The notes below the pieces were generated by a model. The model saw only the letters and a list, made by a program, of their open reading frames with translations. It made no database searches and was not told where the DNA came from. Position numbers and translations under genes: made by a program. From Lytechinus pictus (Eukaryota): DNA of 64,000 nt. Position 1 is the stretch's first letter, and the number at the start of each line of letters is the position of its first letter. Positions 14,049 to 27,355 of the stretch are shown here, piece by piece. The stretch covers positions 12,834,001 to 12,898,000 of the forward strand of contig NC_087246.1 of the NCBI RefSeq assembly GCF_037042905.1, in the 5' to 3' direction.

Positions 14049-14689
14049 ACTGAAGCCTAAAATGGCTCCCCTAATTTAAAAAAAAAAATTAAAATCTCTA
14101 CTTTTTATTGCAATTAATATCTACACTTTAATTTAGAAGACTGTAGAAGACGTGCCGCTTACATACTATTACTTATGTTCGCGAACAAAGTTTTACCACA
14201 CATTGCACAATACAACAATCCTGTAGCATATCATGCATATCATGCATATGGTCAATCATCATTGCGATACAATACACAACTCATTCATTAAAAGATCACC
14301 GGGTAAAACGAAAACAGTGATGCAGAAAAAATAACAATGCAAACCCATTAATTAAAACGTGATTTACATTGAAAGCATGCTGGGCAAGAAGACGTCTCGT
14401 GAATCGGCACGTTTTTAGTGTTTGTGACTGTCATTGCACGCGCCAAAAAGTGATGGTCTTTATCCATCACATAACTGATGATTTTTTTTAATACCGTTTT
14501 TGTTTCCGAGTTCCTTATTGTGGTAAACGGTTTGTTGGGTGAAAGCCCCAGGGGTGGTAACATCTAGTCTTAAAATGACCAGGGCTCGTAATGATAAATC
14601 CTATAACAAGTATACTAGCCAATCAAATTGTATTAATTTAGTAGCTTAAACAGTTATTGACGAAGTACTTATTTATTTATTTATATATA

Positions 14690-15470
14690 TCTATTATGTT
14701 TTATTATTTTATACTGCAGGGTGGACCTGTTCAGTTTTGAAATAAAAAATGCTTTACAAATTAAGGCGCCCTGCAGTTATATAAACATCATTTAACACGA
14801 AAATAGACCATAACATCATAAACTACAAACACTTAATATAACGTCATGAACTTTATCTAAAACTATTTACAACATAAAACAACAAAAAATCGAGAGTGGA
14901 TAAATCTAGAAAGTATATACATGTTAAGTAATACTAAATTATATGAATCATCATGAAAGGCTTTACATAGACATTTTAAAAATCTAAACAGGGATGTACG
15001 TGTTTGAAAATTTACAGGGAGTCCATTAAACAAACTGGCTCCAAAATGGGACAAAGATTTTTTTAATTCGATCGTTGCGCAGGGAAATTGGAGGGGGCAA
15101 TTTGAAGAATAGCGGGTCCTGTAATTTGGGGTTCGTTCACATATTAATGATTCAAGATAAGTCGGTATAAGATTGTTTAGTATTTTAAAAACAAGAACAC
15201 AATATTGATATTTAATGCGCTGCTCAAAATGATTGCCATTTCATTGTGTGTAATGAGGAGCTATCCATTCCATTCCTTGTTGAGATGTAATATGATAGCT
15301 TTTATTCGAATCATTCTGGCATATCTATTTTGGAGTTTTGTATCCTACTCAATGGGTTTTTGCACAGCTTCCCTAAGATGTACCACAATAATCAATATAA
15401 GGAAAAATCAAGGCAAAGTACACATTTTACATAATTTAAAAATACCGTAAATGCGTAATCCTTCGTACAC
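14690..15470 (-). mobile_element. 5'-truncated, decayed CR1/L2-group LINE (ORF2 C-terminus + 3' tail)
   Basis: Broken minus-strand peptides IDYCGTS.GS, LQNRYARMI, VLVFKILNNLIPTYL and GASLFNGLP..TSLFRF match the typical C-terminal end of non-LTR RT ORFs. Confidence 0.7.
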
Positions 15471-15772
15471 AACCAATTGCCCGAGATATTTTACAAACAA
15501 TAGAAATATGTTCACACCAAATCAAACCGGAGTCGAGCATAACACCGAGGTATTTGATCGTCTTTACATTTCCCCCCATATTACAAAGGTAAGTTTCTAA
15601 AGATATTGACAAAACATCATTTTCATTTTTTTCATATTACAAAATGCCACGACCTTCGTCGTTTGTAGAAGCAACGAAGGAATGAGAAAACACTAAGTTT
15701 ACGATAAATATACATGATTTAGTTTAGCATGATTCTCGACAGGATTATTGAGAAATTAGAAATAATATTAAT

Positions 15773-15980
15773 TATAATAATGACATTTTATGTAACCAGG
15801 GTAACCACTTTAATTGGGGAACTGCCCTACAATGTCTACCAGCGAGCCCTGCATAACATTATTATTATCTTTCCCCAATCTAAACGCTGATCGCATAGCA
15901 AGAAGGTAAAGTGCTATTTTTAGAAGTCTTTGGTATAACCAAGGGATCGAACTCACGACCTGCAGTTCATGAGGATAAGC
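15773..15980 (-). mobile_element. Decayed tRNA-derived SINE, second family
   Basis: B box (GGTCGTGAGTTCGATCCC on minus strand), ATT tail, cagggt..gccctgca 3' stem. Confidence 0.55.
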
Positions 15981-16236
15981 GGTATACGTTATGACTCATT
16001 GTCTGGACAAAATAAATAGTGAAATACTCCACTCGTTAGGGCCAACATCTTTAATTTGTGCAATATGAAGATATTCCCTATGTTGTGGAATATTTATGGT
16101 ATCCCATTCTGGGCCATTCATTATCATGTAAATATTGCATAAGCTGGACAAAATGTGTCATTGCATACACCAATTTTGTTTAATGTTTATTGGTTGTTAG
16201 AACACGAAAAACAGTATGAGAGAGTTCACCTGTCTA

Positions 16237-16999
16237 CGATGCGTATAAGTTTAAATTTTGAAAAAGTCCCGGGATTTTTGTTCACATAATATTCTTTGAG
16301 CTGGGTCACATTTATCCGATGAAAGTAATACGTTAAGCTTGAGTGAAATCTCATGCTAAAGAAAACAAAAATTCACGCTGTAGTTGTTTCATTGGAAAAG
16401 GTCAAGAAACGAACTGTGCTTTACATTTCTCATATTTTTCTTTCAGTGCATTTTTAGTCAGTGGAAATAAAACATATACATCTTACCATTATGTAACAAC
16501 CATGACAACTCTGCTATCCAAATTAACACTTTAACCTTATAGGTAAGCGAAACTTTTACCCTTTTCGTGCCGGCTGGATCTCAGCACATAACATAAAACA
16601 AATCAATGTGTTTATTTTGTAATGTATAGGGAGAATGAGAGAGCTCATTGGCGCTCTAGGGAGTGTTTGGGCAAGGAAACGAGTTAAGAGGTAAAAGATA
16701 TTTTCAAATCGATCCTCTTATCTAAAGTCCATGAACTCTTTATGAATAATGTCTTCTTTTATCCATACATCTATTTAAACATTTTGGGCAAATCATTTTT
16801 CCCCGGGCATTTTTCACAATCTTTTTAAAATAAGTAGTGCTCACTCGAGAGGAAAGATCTGCAGACAGTCATATCGTCATTCGCTTAAAGGGGTCTATAA
16901 CAATGTATAAACGTGGAAAAAACTGCAGGATATTACAGATAAATCATTTTATATGATTATGTTACAGTGTGAACTATATTATTTTGGATATACGCACTG
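16237..16999. mobile_element. Decayed Tc1/mariner-like MITE (relative of 31767-32751)
   Basis: Shared blocks such as ggcaaggaaac.ag..aggtaaaagatat.ttcaaatc; right terminus atacgcactg|ta. Confidence 0.75.
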
Positions 17000-18523
17000 T
17001 ATGAAAGAAATCAAAGAAACAAAATAAATGAACTAATCAATCAATGCAGGATAATGTTGCCTAAAGTTAATTTCATTGATTGTAATATGTTTGTTAAACT
17101 GTAATGATCATTGATCGGCCTATAAACGTATTTGGTAAGACTTGAAATGTTCAAAATCTGCCAAAAACAAGAGAGAGTAAACAGAGAATGTTATTGTTTT
17201 GCAACAGACCTAGGGTATACTGTCACACAATAAAGACTGTTTTGATTAATTAAGATGTATGGATTCATTAATTAGACGTAAGGGCAAAGAAGATAATAAT
17301 GACGTGCATGCCGTGACGAAAAACGTAAACATCGACTTTAAAACACATATGAAAATGAAAAAAAATAATTCACGGTTTATAGTTCTGCAAAAATGAGCAT
17401 TTATCTATGTGTGTATAGGCCTAACATGTATTATAAATATTGATATAACGTATAGATATTATACAAAACTGTTGTAAAAATGTTTTGATTTGAGAAAAGT
17501 TTATGCAATAATAGCGTCAGTACTTCTCAGTTTAATTTCCATGTCCACGTGTTTTGTGCTCTATTGTTTATTTGATGTAACATAGTGGTTTATAAAAACA
17601 AACTAGACCTTAGTTAAAAAAAATAATAATCTCGGTAAAAACGAGCATCTACTTTAAAAGTAACAAAGGTAAAGAAAAATGTGAATTAGATTAATACGAA
17701 CGCGGACTTTTCTAATCAAATCATTTTCCTAGCATTCAAACTTGATGCATACTTTTCACACAAAAGTGTTTTTTTACGAACTGAAAGTAATATGTCAGAG
17801 GCTTGCCAGACATAGCAACAAGTAATATATGCAAACTGGTTTTCATGTATGGAACTTAATTCTTTAAAGTAGGTCGGTGGACTACCTCTTTGTTCATTCT
17901 CCAACATCCATAAATTTGAATCGCTGATTGGCTATGCATTTCCAAACAAAGACGGTACCTTGGTAACCAGCCGACTCATCAGCAACATTAACAGAACATG
18001 ACTTGGACTATAGCTGCTGTCAGGTTATGCTCTTCCAAACTGAACAATTACTATAATTAAAAAAATACTTTCTTGTTCTTTTTGTGTGTGTTATTCATGA
18101 TCGTGCACTGATGGTGCACAACTATTTCAAATTGACATTTTCCACAGTTCACTAGCGCGAGATGAGAAAATGTCATGAATACATGCAAGTGCAGTGCACT
18201 GATGTGACGCATATTACCCCGTATGACTTTTCAAAATCGTTGGGTATATACTTAGGGAGTGATGTTCTACTTCTACTTTAGAACTTGGCAAGATATACTA
18301 CTCTTTCAATGGTCTTGAACTTTACTTGAGGAAATTTTCTCGATCAAGAAAATGTTTGTTTTCAGTTTTATCAACCTGCAGGCCAAAAGTAATTGAAAAA
18401 TAACCCAAATTGTAATAGCCCATGCACTTGCGTCGATAAGAGTCCGGAATCAATTACAAGTTATAAGTCAATCTAGTAAATTTTAAGCAATTTTCACGAT
18501 TATATCGATCTACTATAATTATT

Positions 18524-18672
18524 ACCTGTCATTTTTACCCCTGCCATATTTTCATCTGCAGATTTTATCCCTGCTTTTTTTACATCTGCCAATTTTATCC
18601 CTGCCATTTTCGTCTGTTTTCACCCCTGTCATTTTTAACCCAGTCATTTTTACCCTGCAATTTTTGCCTGGC
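18524..18672. repeat. ~15-bp minisatellite (CTGCCATTTTTACCC)n
   Basis: About 10 degenerate tandem units. Confidence 0.75.
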
Positions 18673-20157
18673 ACTACTGAGGTTGACAGCTTGCAATGTT
18701 ACATTAGCGACTGATTCCGGGACTGATTATTGGTTGCAATCATTCGCTAAGCTTTGTGTGACAGGGTTATGATGAAAGAAATACGATTCACACAATGCAA
18801 CTACTTCACCAATGCTTACTTGACTTTACCTATAACATACAAAATATATACATTTATTGTGACGGAGAGAACGCGCGTTATAATCATGGATCATTTTCCT
18901 TCGAGGATTACGTTAACATACCCTTAACGTATCGCAAACTGAACCTCTAGCAAAGCACCATAAGAATAAACAATTATTGATTTCTATTAACATGCAGGCT
19001 AATTAGGTTAAATCCACGGATCAAAAAGAAAAGCAACACTCTAATGGAATTGCCCCTTGACAATTTTAAGTTTGCATGATGACACCCATGACAGATGGTA
19101 ATGTATAAAAGGAAATGAGTCCATGTTTTACACGTGTCTATAATTCGCGGACGGAAGTATAAATTATTTCAAAAAGTGATCTCGATTATCATGACTCTTC
19201 TGAGAAATATGGTCTCACTCTATCGTCCGGCCCACTTTCCTGTGCAACAAAACGCGCACTCGTCGATCTGCATAGACTTTTTAAATCGCGAACTGGCAAA
19301 AACGTAGACAGATCAAACTTCGTCGAGCGATTTGCAGTGCAAGGCCTTCCCGTATTTTTTTTTTGGGGGGCGGCTATTGCCCCTCCCCCAATATTTCATC
19401 AAATTGGTATTTTGTTCAATTAACATTTTCAAAATGGAATTTCTTATAATATCGGGTCGATGTGTTACTCTTTACACGCCAAATTGATTACAAAATTAAT
19501 TATATATATATTTTTAAATACCGATTGGGGGCTCTCTTGCTCGCTTCACATGGTTCGTAGGTCTTCCAGACAAAAGCGCACCTTACCACAAACTCAGAAC
19601 CGTCCGATCAATAATTATTGCCTCGTTACTAGATGATAAGAGAACGGCAGAGACAGAGGGGAAAACATCAACAAATATCAAATACACTACTAAATAGTAT
19701 AAAACTTTAATGTAAAAGCATTCGTTTGCTTTATTTTTGTTTAGAAATTTACAGTACAATTTACCCCAACAAACACATTCAACCTTTGATAACCATAAAA
19801 CCAACATAGAATAACTTAAGGTTAACAAGTATATTTAAGATTAGTATCAGACTATCAGTGCATTTTTTAGATGATTTCAAATTACCGGCATGAAACATTG
19901 TGGAACACATTCTAATTATTTCCCCTCTATCTGAGTCTAAAACTCGAAGAAGGGTATAATTCCTATACTCAACCGATATAGGCCTGTTTTTTGGTTGTTT
20001 CTTACTCACTTAAGTAATGAATCTTTATAATTTCGACATGTTTTCAATACTGCTGTGTGACGTCATCATTCGATTTCACTGACCAATCAGCTACCATATC
20101 AATCGTATAAGAAATGAATCCATACATTATTCTGTTGTGTAACATCAGCTTGATTAA

Positions 20158-20536
20158 AGATCACCTCCATTCTAACATCACGTTTATTTGAATTGAGGAA
20201 AATCAGACATACATAACACTGATAATATGACTCCAAACATTCACTGTTTAATATTTTTTTGGGGGTATCTAATATAAAAAAAATACCTAAGTTAAATCAT
20301 ATTTACTTCCAATAAAGACTATTTCAAATGTTCAAGTATAGTGAAATTATGGTTTACAACATAGATGTGAAAATGGATATGATAAGATACAAAAGATACA
20401 AGATAGATAAGATACAAAATAGTGAGTGTGTGGTGTCATCATCTCCCTCAATTTTATGAATTTTTCATGGATTGGTATTGTGCTTGTTTGGTTTGTCTCT
20501 ATTCGAATCAACTTGTGACTAAGGTGAATTTGTCCT
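20158..20536. mobile_element. Decayed Kolobok-like MITE
   Basis: ttaaag.. left end, ..ttgtcctttaa right end; blocks shared with 6994-7881. Confidence 0.5.
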
Positions 20537-21345
20537 TTAATCAAGCTGACTTTACATAAGTCTGTAAGAGGATTAAAATTATATGGATTAAAAGTGGCTT
20601 CTTGTCAGGAAGTTCATATGTCACACGGAATCATTATACGTCATTGCATTTATGCATAATGCAGGTCAGGATACTGTCGTATACCGTGTCAAAGGTACAC
20701 ATACGGCATTATATTTCTGCATGTTTTATACTTAGACCAGAATTCACCGTTGAAATTTTGAAATTATTGTAGATATTTACTGATTCTCTGTGGGTTATTC
20801 AGCTGGTTTTGTGGGGTTTTTCAACTTGTTTGTGTAGCGATAATTTACCTAGTAAGCACATGGGGAATGTTTGGTCTTATTTCATGCTTTTATTAATTTT
20901 AATCACAGTAGATACATGACTCACCAATAATTCAGTTAGATTTAGCAGAGCTCTGTGTTGCACGTAGACCAGTCTTGACTCCTGTGGTGTGAATTAAGCT
21001 ATATTGTTAAGGATTAATGTCTTTCTCTTATTTGAGATCTACTGGCTCTGAAAATATCAGTATTTACATATTATTAATAAAATTCCCTGCTGTCACCCAT
21101 GTTCAGTATTATGGGTAAGTTGTGAAAGATATTGGTGTACTTTAGAAAGTAAATTCTGATGAGTATTTTATGGACTTGCAACAGAGATCCATTCTACTAT
21201 CAAATGACACTCGATACACATTTATTTTAACCACATATCATAAGCAAGATAACAAGTTCTAATGACTTTGTAATAAAACAATATCAAATAATAACAGATT
21301 TTACACCATTGGTGAAACACCTTGGTTTGCTTTAAACCTTCTTTA

Positions 21346-21558
21346 CACAGTAAAAAAAAATAGCACGTTTTTTAAGCCTGTCACTCTAACAACAAGTTGT
21401 TTAAACTTTTTTTGTATTTTTAAAAACCTTTTAAACACCTTGTTTAAAAAGTTTAAACAGTTGGTTAAAAAGTTTAAACAGTTTAAACCATGGACCTATT
21501 AAACAGAGTGACGGGCTTAAAAAACGTGCTTAAAATTTTAAACAGCGTTTTAACAGTG
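21346..21558. mobile_element. Palindromic CACAG-terminus MITE
   Basis: ta|CACAGTAAAA..AACAGTG|ta; internal IR agcacgttttttaagcc.gtcactct. Confidence 0.7.
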
Positions 21559-21681
21559 TATTTAAATCATACTCATGCATGATCCTCTCCCTTTTACATG
21601 TATAGTTTAAGAGTTTTATATACGTGAGATGTCTTAACATCCTTTCTTATATCGAGTTTGAGAAAATACATCCCTAATTAA

Positions 21682-22240
21682 AGGGGTACTCCGGGCTGAA
21701 AATATTCCTATCTAAATAGAGTAAAAAAATTACACCGTAAAATGCTGAAAATTTCATCAAATTCTGATAACAAATAGTAAAGTTATTAAGTTTAGCAATA
21801 TATTGTAGAATCCGTTATACGCTGGTCGTCATGGGAATGATGACGTCACTTCCCCACTTTTCTTTTTCTCATGTTACTACATGAAATTATAATTGTTTCA
21901 TTTTTTCGTAATGTGTAAATGATATGTCTCCCTTATAATGAAATAAGTTGCAGTAATAAATATCTACTGCACTAAATCAATTGTCAATCCATCTTTTTAA
22001 CTGTTGGAGGAAATAATTTGAATAAACCCAATTTCTTATAATATATTACAATAGAACAAGTGGGATAAGACATCATCAGTTTGCTCATTGAATATTCATG
22101 AAGACATGCCTATAATGCAAATATCTGAAATGCCATAACTTTTTATTCTTTGTCCGATTTTGATCAAATTTCCATTGTTTTGATGGTCTGATTTTCCTCC
22201 ATCTGTTCAAATCTTATTATTTTAAGCCTGGAATATCCCT
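21682..22240. mobile_element. Kolobok-like MITE (TTAA TSD), second subfamily
   Basis: ttaa|AGGGGTACTCCGGGCTGAAAAT...AAGCCTGGAATATCCCT|ttaa; same left end at 63905. Confidence 0.8.
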
Positions 22241-22713
22241 TTAAGACCCCAACTGTCAAACATATCTTACCAGCAGACCAGTCAAACAAGAATTTCTCTG
22301 AACTCGCATAACCGTTTTAGTATAAGTATAGTTGTTTCAAAAGCCTCCAGTGACAGCATTTTTATCATTTATTTTTGTTTGAATGCATGTGTCATTTTCT
22401 AGTCATCGGAAAAATTATTTTTATTTATGATAATAATCGACCATCAACATCAAATATTACTAATTTAGAAGTATAGATTAAAAACCGTGAACAACGAGAT
22501 GATCATTAAAATGTGGGCAATTTTGTAAATGGATAAGATATGAACATGGGTGCCAAATGCAAGTGCAATTCATCTCCATTTACATGATTGATTGATGAAA
22601 TTTTCAGAATACCCCCATCATTATGTTTCAAGAAGGAAACCTTGGAATATTATTGGTGATTCATCATAGAAACATTACAATGGGCAAGTTATTCAATGAA
22701 TTATTCATATTAT

Positions 22714-23027
22714 GTAGATTTCATTACTTTCTATTGTCATAGCATATACCATCGTTACAATGAAGAGACGATGAAAGTACACATCGTAAATCGATTTGAA
22801 CTCCACTAGAAAATGTGAACTTTCCAACATAACGAGGCTACAGAAATAACAGGATGATGACTGTTATGAACTTTAAAATCAACAGGATATCTACAAAATA
22901 CATATTAGGCTATATATACAAGAAGAAGAAGAAAAAAAAACACAAGAAGAGTTTTTGTGAAAAGCCTTCATTGGCCTTTCACGATGAGCAATTTGTTTAC
23001 CTTTGATATAGCCTACTTCGTAGGCTT
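22714..23027 (+). repeat. ~310-bp direct repeat, copy 1
   Basis: Near-identical to 24854-25163. Confidence 0.92.
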
Positions 23028-23231
23028 ACTTTACTTTCAAGCACCTCCTGCGTTCTAACATTAAAAAAAAATATGAACCTATGGGACTAACAAATTAATA
23101 AATCAAGATGGATTTGTCTTTTATTGAACTGAATTGAATACATACTGTGTGTTTACTTACATCTGGAGCATTTTTGCATGATTTTACATAAAAGCCTCTC
23201 AGAGGTGTGATGACAAACCTCCAACATACTA

Positions 23232-23535
23232 GCCGTGTTTAGACATGGGATTCCAGTCGGAGTAAACTTATATTATGAATGCATTATAATTCCATTTATC
23301 TTGACACGACGTACGCTGTTTTGGTCGGAGGAAGGGTCGGAGTATTGCCCGTGTGGACAGAGTTACTCCGACCTTCCTCCAATACTATCTTGGTCGGAGG
23401 AAGGTCGGAGTATCTCTGTCCAGACGGGCATTACTCTGACCTTCCTTCGACTAAAACAGCCTACGTTTGGATCGTGATAAGATAAGATAATCCATGTCAT
23501 TATAATTTTACTAGGATCCTACGTCTGAACGAGGC
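23232..23535. mobile_element. PIF/Harbinger-like MITE
   Basis: GCCGTGTTTAGAC..GTCTGAACGAGGC termini; two tandem GGTCGGAGGAAGGTCGGAG / CTCCGACCTTCC hairpin units. Confidence 0.65.
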
Positions 23536-23579
23536 TACTATATATAGCAACACACTTTTTGATGGGAGTTGTGGGTCAA

Positions 23580-23715
23580 TTTATTGAACCCGTCTGAATT
23601 GAATTGAAATTAACTGAATTCATTTGAATTGGAGTGAATTGAGCTGAACTTAATTAGATTGAAATGGACTTGATCGAAATTAATTCAACAGAATATTGCA
23701 TTGAAATTTAATCGA
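23580..23715. repeat. Degenerate (GAATT)n satellite; similar tract at 25165-25270
   Basis: Direct reading. Confidence 0.7.
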
Positions 23716-24853
23716 GTTGCAGGCGCGGTTCTATACTCATAGTTTTTGGTTAGTTTTTTTTCGGGGAGGGGGGGGGGGGGCTTCTGGGGGCTTGAGAATT
23801 TTCGACGTTGGTTTATTCAGTACAATGAAATGGCCTTTTGTGGGTAGCCTTATACTGACCAAGCAGCTAATTTCCCCTTCCTATAAAAAATATAATATTA
23901 TGCACAGGAGCGTAGCGACCGAGCGAAAAAAAAAATCACATTTTCAAAGTACTTGAAAATTTGTCATCTATAACATGCATCAGGTCCTGATGGGTATTAT
24001 ATAGATGAGGGCATTTGACAATAAGGGGGAAGGACTGGTTATCAGGAAATGGGTTAGTGTCTTTTACTCTCTCCATGCGTTTTTTAGAGCCTCCTTTGAA
24101 CGAAAAAAAAGGTGTAATAGAACATGGCAGGGAATGTTAAATGTTAATGACACCCCTTACAAATATTACGAGGGAATGTGGTGACAAGGGAGAAAAATGT
24201 ACAGTAATAGTTAAATGACTAAATAAGATACTCAACATGCACATAGGCCGCAAAAGAATACAATAATCACTTCCCTGTATAGCACAAGAACTCTACACAA
24301 TAGATTACTGTAGAGAATAGAGTCAAATCATTCTTCATGTTGCTTCTATCATGGGGCGGGGGCAGGGGGCGATCGCCATGAAAAAATTGGGAATGCTGCA
24401 AACATCGATTTGCCCTGCCCAATTCTGACTAAATGAAGAAAAAATAATCCAATGCAAAAAATGTGTTTTAAAAAACATCCGAAAGCGCTGTAAAATCATC
24501 AAAATTAACATAAAATACTATTAAATATATAAAATTGTTAATTTTTCGGTGTGCTTCACGTGCAAAATTGTGTATTATAATTTGGCACGCAGAGCGCGCT
24601 GAAAATTTTGGATATAGTCGTTTCCCCCTCTCGCCATTCGAAACATGGATCGACACTCCTGACTCTAAAATATATGATTTAAATAACTTTAGCCTCAGTC
24701 ATGGAGTATATCGCGACAGAGCAATAAAAAAAAACATCCTAAAGAATGACAAAAATTCAGAGCGCTTTTGACAAAACACGGTCAGGTTTTAGAATTGAAA
24801 CTATTTTTTATGGCATTAGTATTGAGCGATTTTTTTTTTGGGGGGGATTTTTG

Positions 24854-25163
24854 GTAGATTTTATTACTTTCTATTGTCATAGCATATACCATCGTTACAA
24901 TGAAGAGACGATGAAAGTACACATCGTAAATCGATTTGAACTCCACTAGAAAATGTGAACTTTCCAACATAACGAGGCTACAGAAATAACAGGATGATGA
25001 CTGTTATGAACTTTAAAATCAACAGGATATCTACAAAATACATAGGCCTATATACAAGAAGAAGAAGAAAAAAAAACACAAGAAGAGGTTTTGTGAAAAG
25101 CCTTCATTGGCCTTTCACGATGAGCAATTTGTTTACCTTTGATATAGCCTACTTCGTAGGCTT
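24854..25163 (+). repeat. ~310-bp direct repeat, copy 2
   Basis: Near-identical to 22714-23027. Confidence 0.92.
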
Positions 25164-27349
25164 TTGAGCCTGTTGAGTTGGCTAATTGGAGTGAACCCAA
25201 TTGAAATTAATTGAATTGAAATGAGATTTTTTTTGATTGAGCTGAATTGAAATCCAATGAAATTGAGAATTGTGTGATTCACATATATATGAAGGAGTTA
25301 TGTGGTATAGATAAAAGTAAGATTGAAACTCGTTAGCAGACATGTGTTGACACCCTCGGTGAAGAAGCTATTGTCATCATTTTTTTCACGCACCCACACA
25401 TCCATCTCTAGATGTAATGATTGTTTTAATCGCATTAGTATTTTGAACATATCGTAATCCAATTTGATGGAATAATGCCTCTAACCAAGGAAATAGCTCT
25501 AACAACCACATACGGTTGGCAGAGGCACAAGAAATAGTTTGCAACCCCTTCCCAATTGCATGCTCATCCCCAATGGTCAGCTGATAATCTATTCTTGAGT
25601 ATAGGACAAAATTAAATTCATGTAATTAAAACTCCGCTTAATTAGCAATACTTGGCACAACGAATCGACATTTATATTGCATTTCGATGCCTATTGGCCT
25701 CCAAAAGGGAATATTTGATTAACGTTATCAATATTACATTGATAATAAATTAATTCATTCAGTTTACTTAGCCGTTACGTTATGCTTCACCTGCATAGAG
25801 TAGTCGTTGAAAATTTTATTTTTTTGTATGATTTTGGATTATGTCTCCGTCCTGATACAATTTATCTGCTATTTTATTTTCCAATTGTCTATAATGTTAT
25901 TTGATTTGTGTATTCACAGCTGCAATTAATTTGTTATATTATTTTGTATGATATCTTCTAGATTATGTATGTCATGAATTTCATTTGAAGTGAATGAATA
26001 ATAAAGATTATTACAAAATAAAAAGATAATACGTCGCTTCAATTTTGATTGGTATAACTTTTTTTTTAAACAAAGCGATTTGAATTATCATGTATGCAGC
26101 GATATGTTGAATTAATTTTTGCTCTCCAAATTAAAATATTATTGTTATATTATTATTAAAATGATGATTACACCGAAAAAATAACAGAGATAAAGAAAGA
26201 GAGGAGACAGATAAATAGGTAGAATGCATAAAGAAAAAGAAAGAAAGGGGGATGGAGAAATATGTTACAGAAAGATATCAAAGGGGGTGAGAACAAAAGA
26301 GGGAAGACAGAGAAACTAAAATAGACTACAAGAAAATGAAACAATGTAGGCATGTAGTATTTAATTTCATATCGTGAAGAATCAATTCAACTAATCTTGA
26401 AAAATGCTAAGTTGACACCTTTTTTTCACTTTACAAAATGTTGATTAAATTCAATATGCTCATGTTCGTTATTGTACAGGTGTAAAGTGATATCCGATGC
26501 ATGGGCTCTTTTCGAAATTAATATCCATTATTCATGTGTTGTTTTATTGTATGCTTCACTGACAAAAACACTAATTTCATCCCCTATTGGTGTCCTCATT
26601 ACTTGGCGCGTATAATCACTGAGTGAGACAGGATACCCCATTAAGATAATGAAATTGGTCGCAAATAAGGATATCTTTTGTTTAGTTTTAGGAGAGGAGG
26701 GAAAAGGAGTTTCGAACCAAAGAAAAACTAAAATGAGCGACAGTCAAGGGCGTCGGTAGGCCTAGGGAAAATAAGGCATATAGCAACAATTAAGGGTGAG
26801 ATTTTTGTTTCAGTTTGTCCATTCATTTATTTTAGTCCATTTTCTATTTGTTTATTTATTATTAATTATTTATACTTTTATTTCTGTTATTGTTTATTTT
26901 ATTTTTCATTCAATTTCGTTACATTTATTTAACTAAATTTATATTTTATCGGGGGGGGGGGGAGGGCGCTGTCCACCCTTCTAGTATGAACAAAATTGGT
27001 TTATTGAATGCATTGAATGGTAAAGGGTCAGGAGGAAGGTTAGAAACAAAGATGTGTCATAATAATTCTAATCCTAAACAGTTGCATGTATAGTGTGGAA
27101 ATAAAAACATAAAAACTGACACAGTTACCACTAATTAGTTTTTCATTTGTATTACACTTAAAAGGGTTTGTTGGGCAGGTAGTAGGGAGGGGGGGGGGGG
27201 GGGGGGCTCTTGTCCCCTTGTTACACCACTGAATCTTATAATAATGAGAGGCATGCCCCTTGGTACTCTTGGCATGTTTATATTATACATGTAAATAAAT
27301 ATAAGGCACTCTGAAAACACAAGCAATAGCACCAAATGAATTTGAGGAT

Positions 27350-27355
27350 TTTATT
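27350..27355 (-). terminator. Candidate polyadenylation signal (AATAAA) for PNLDC1, implying a ~2.7 kb 3' UTR
   Basis: AATAAA on the minus strand followed by a GT/T-rich tract; other AATAAA hexamers exist nearer the stop. Confidence 0.35.

Larger units (their letters stand above)
12257..14057. mobile_element. GC-rich Harbinger-like MITE carrying nested insertions
   Basis: Left end GGCTGAACGTCACGAAC; right end GTTGTGACTGAAGCC is restored after removing the 12988-14048 insertion; TA flanks. Confidence 0.5.

Noticed and set aside
22714-25163. LTR retrotransposon / TRIM
   Set aside because: No TG..CA termini, PBS, PPT or TSD; the interior is unrelated MITE and simple-repeat debris.
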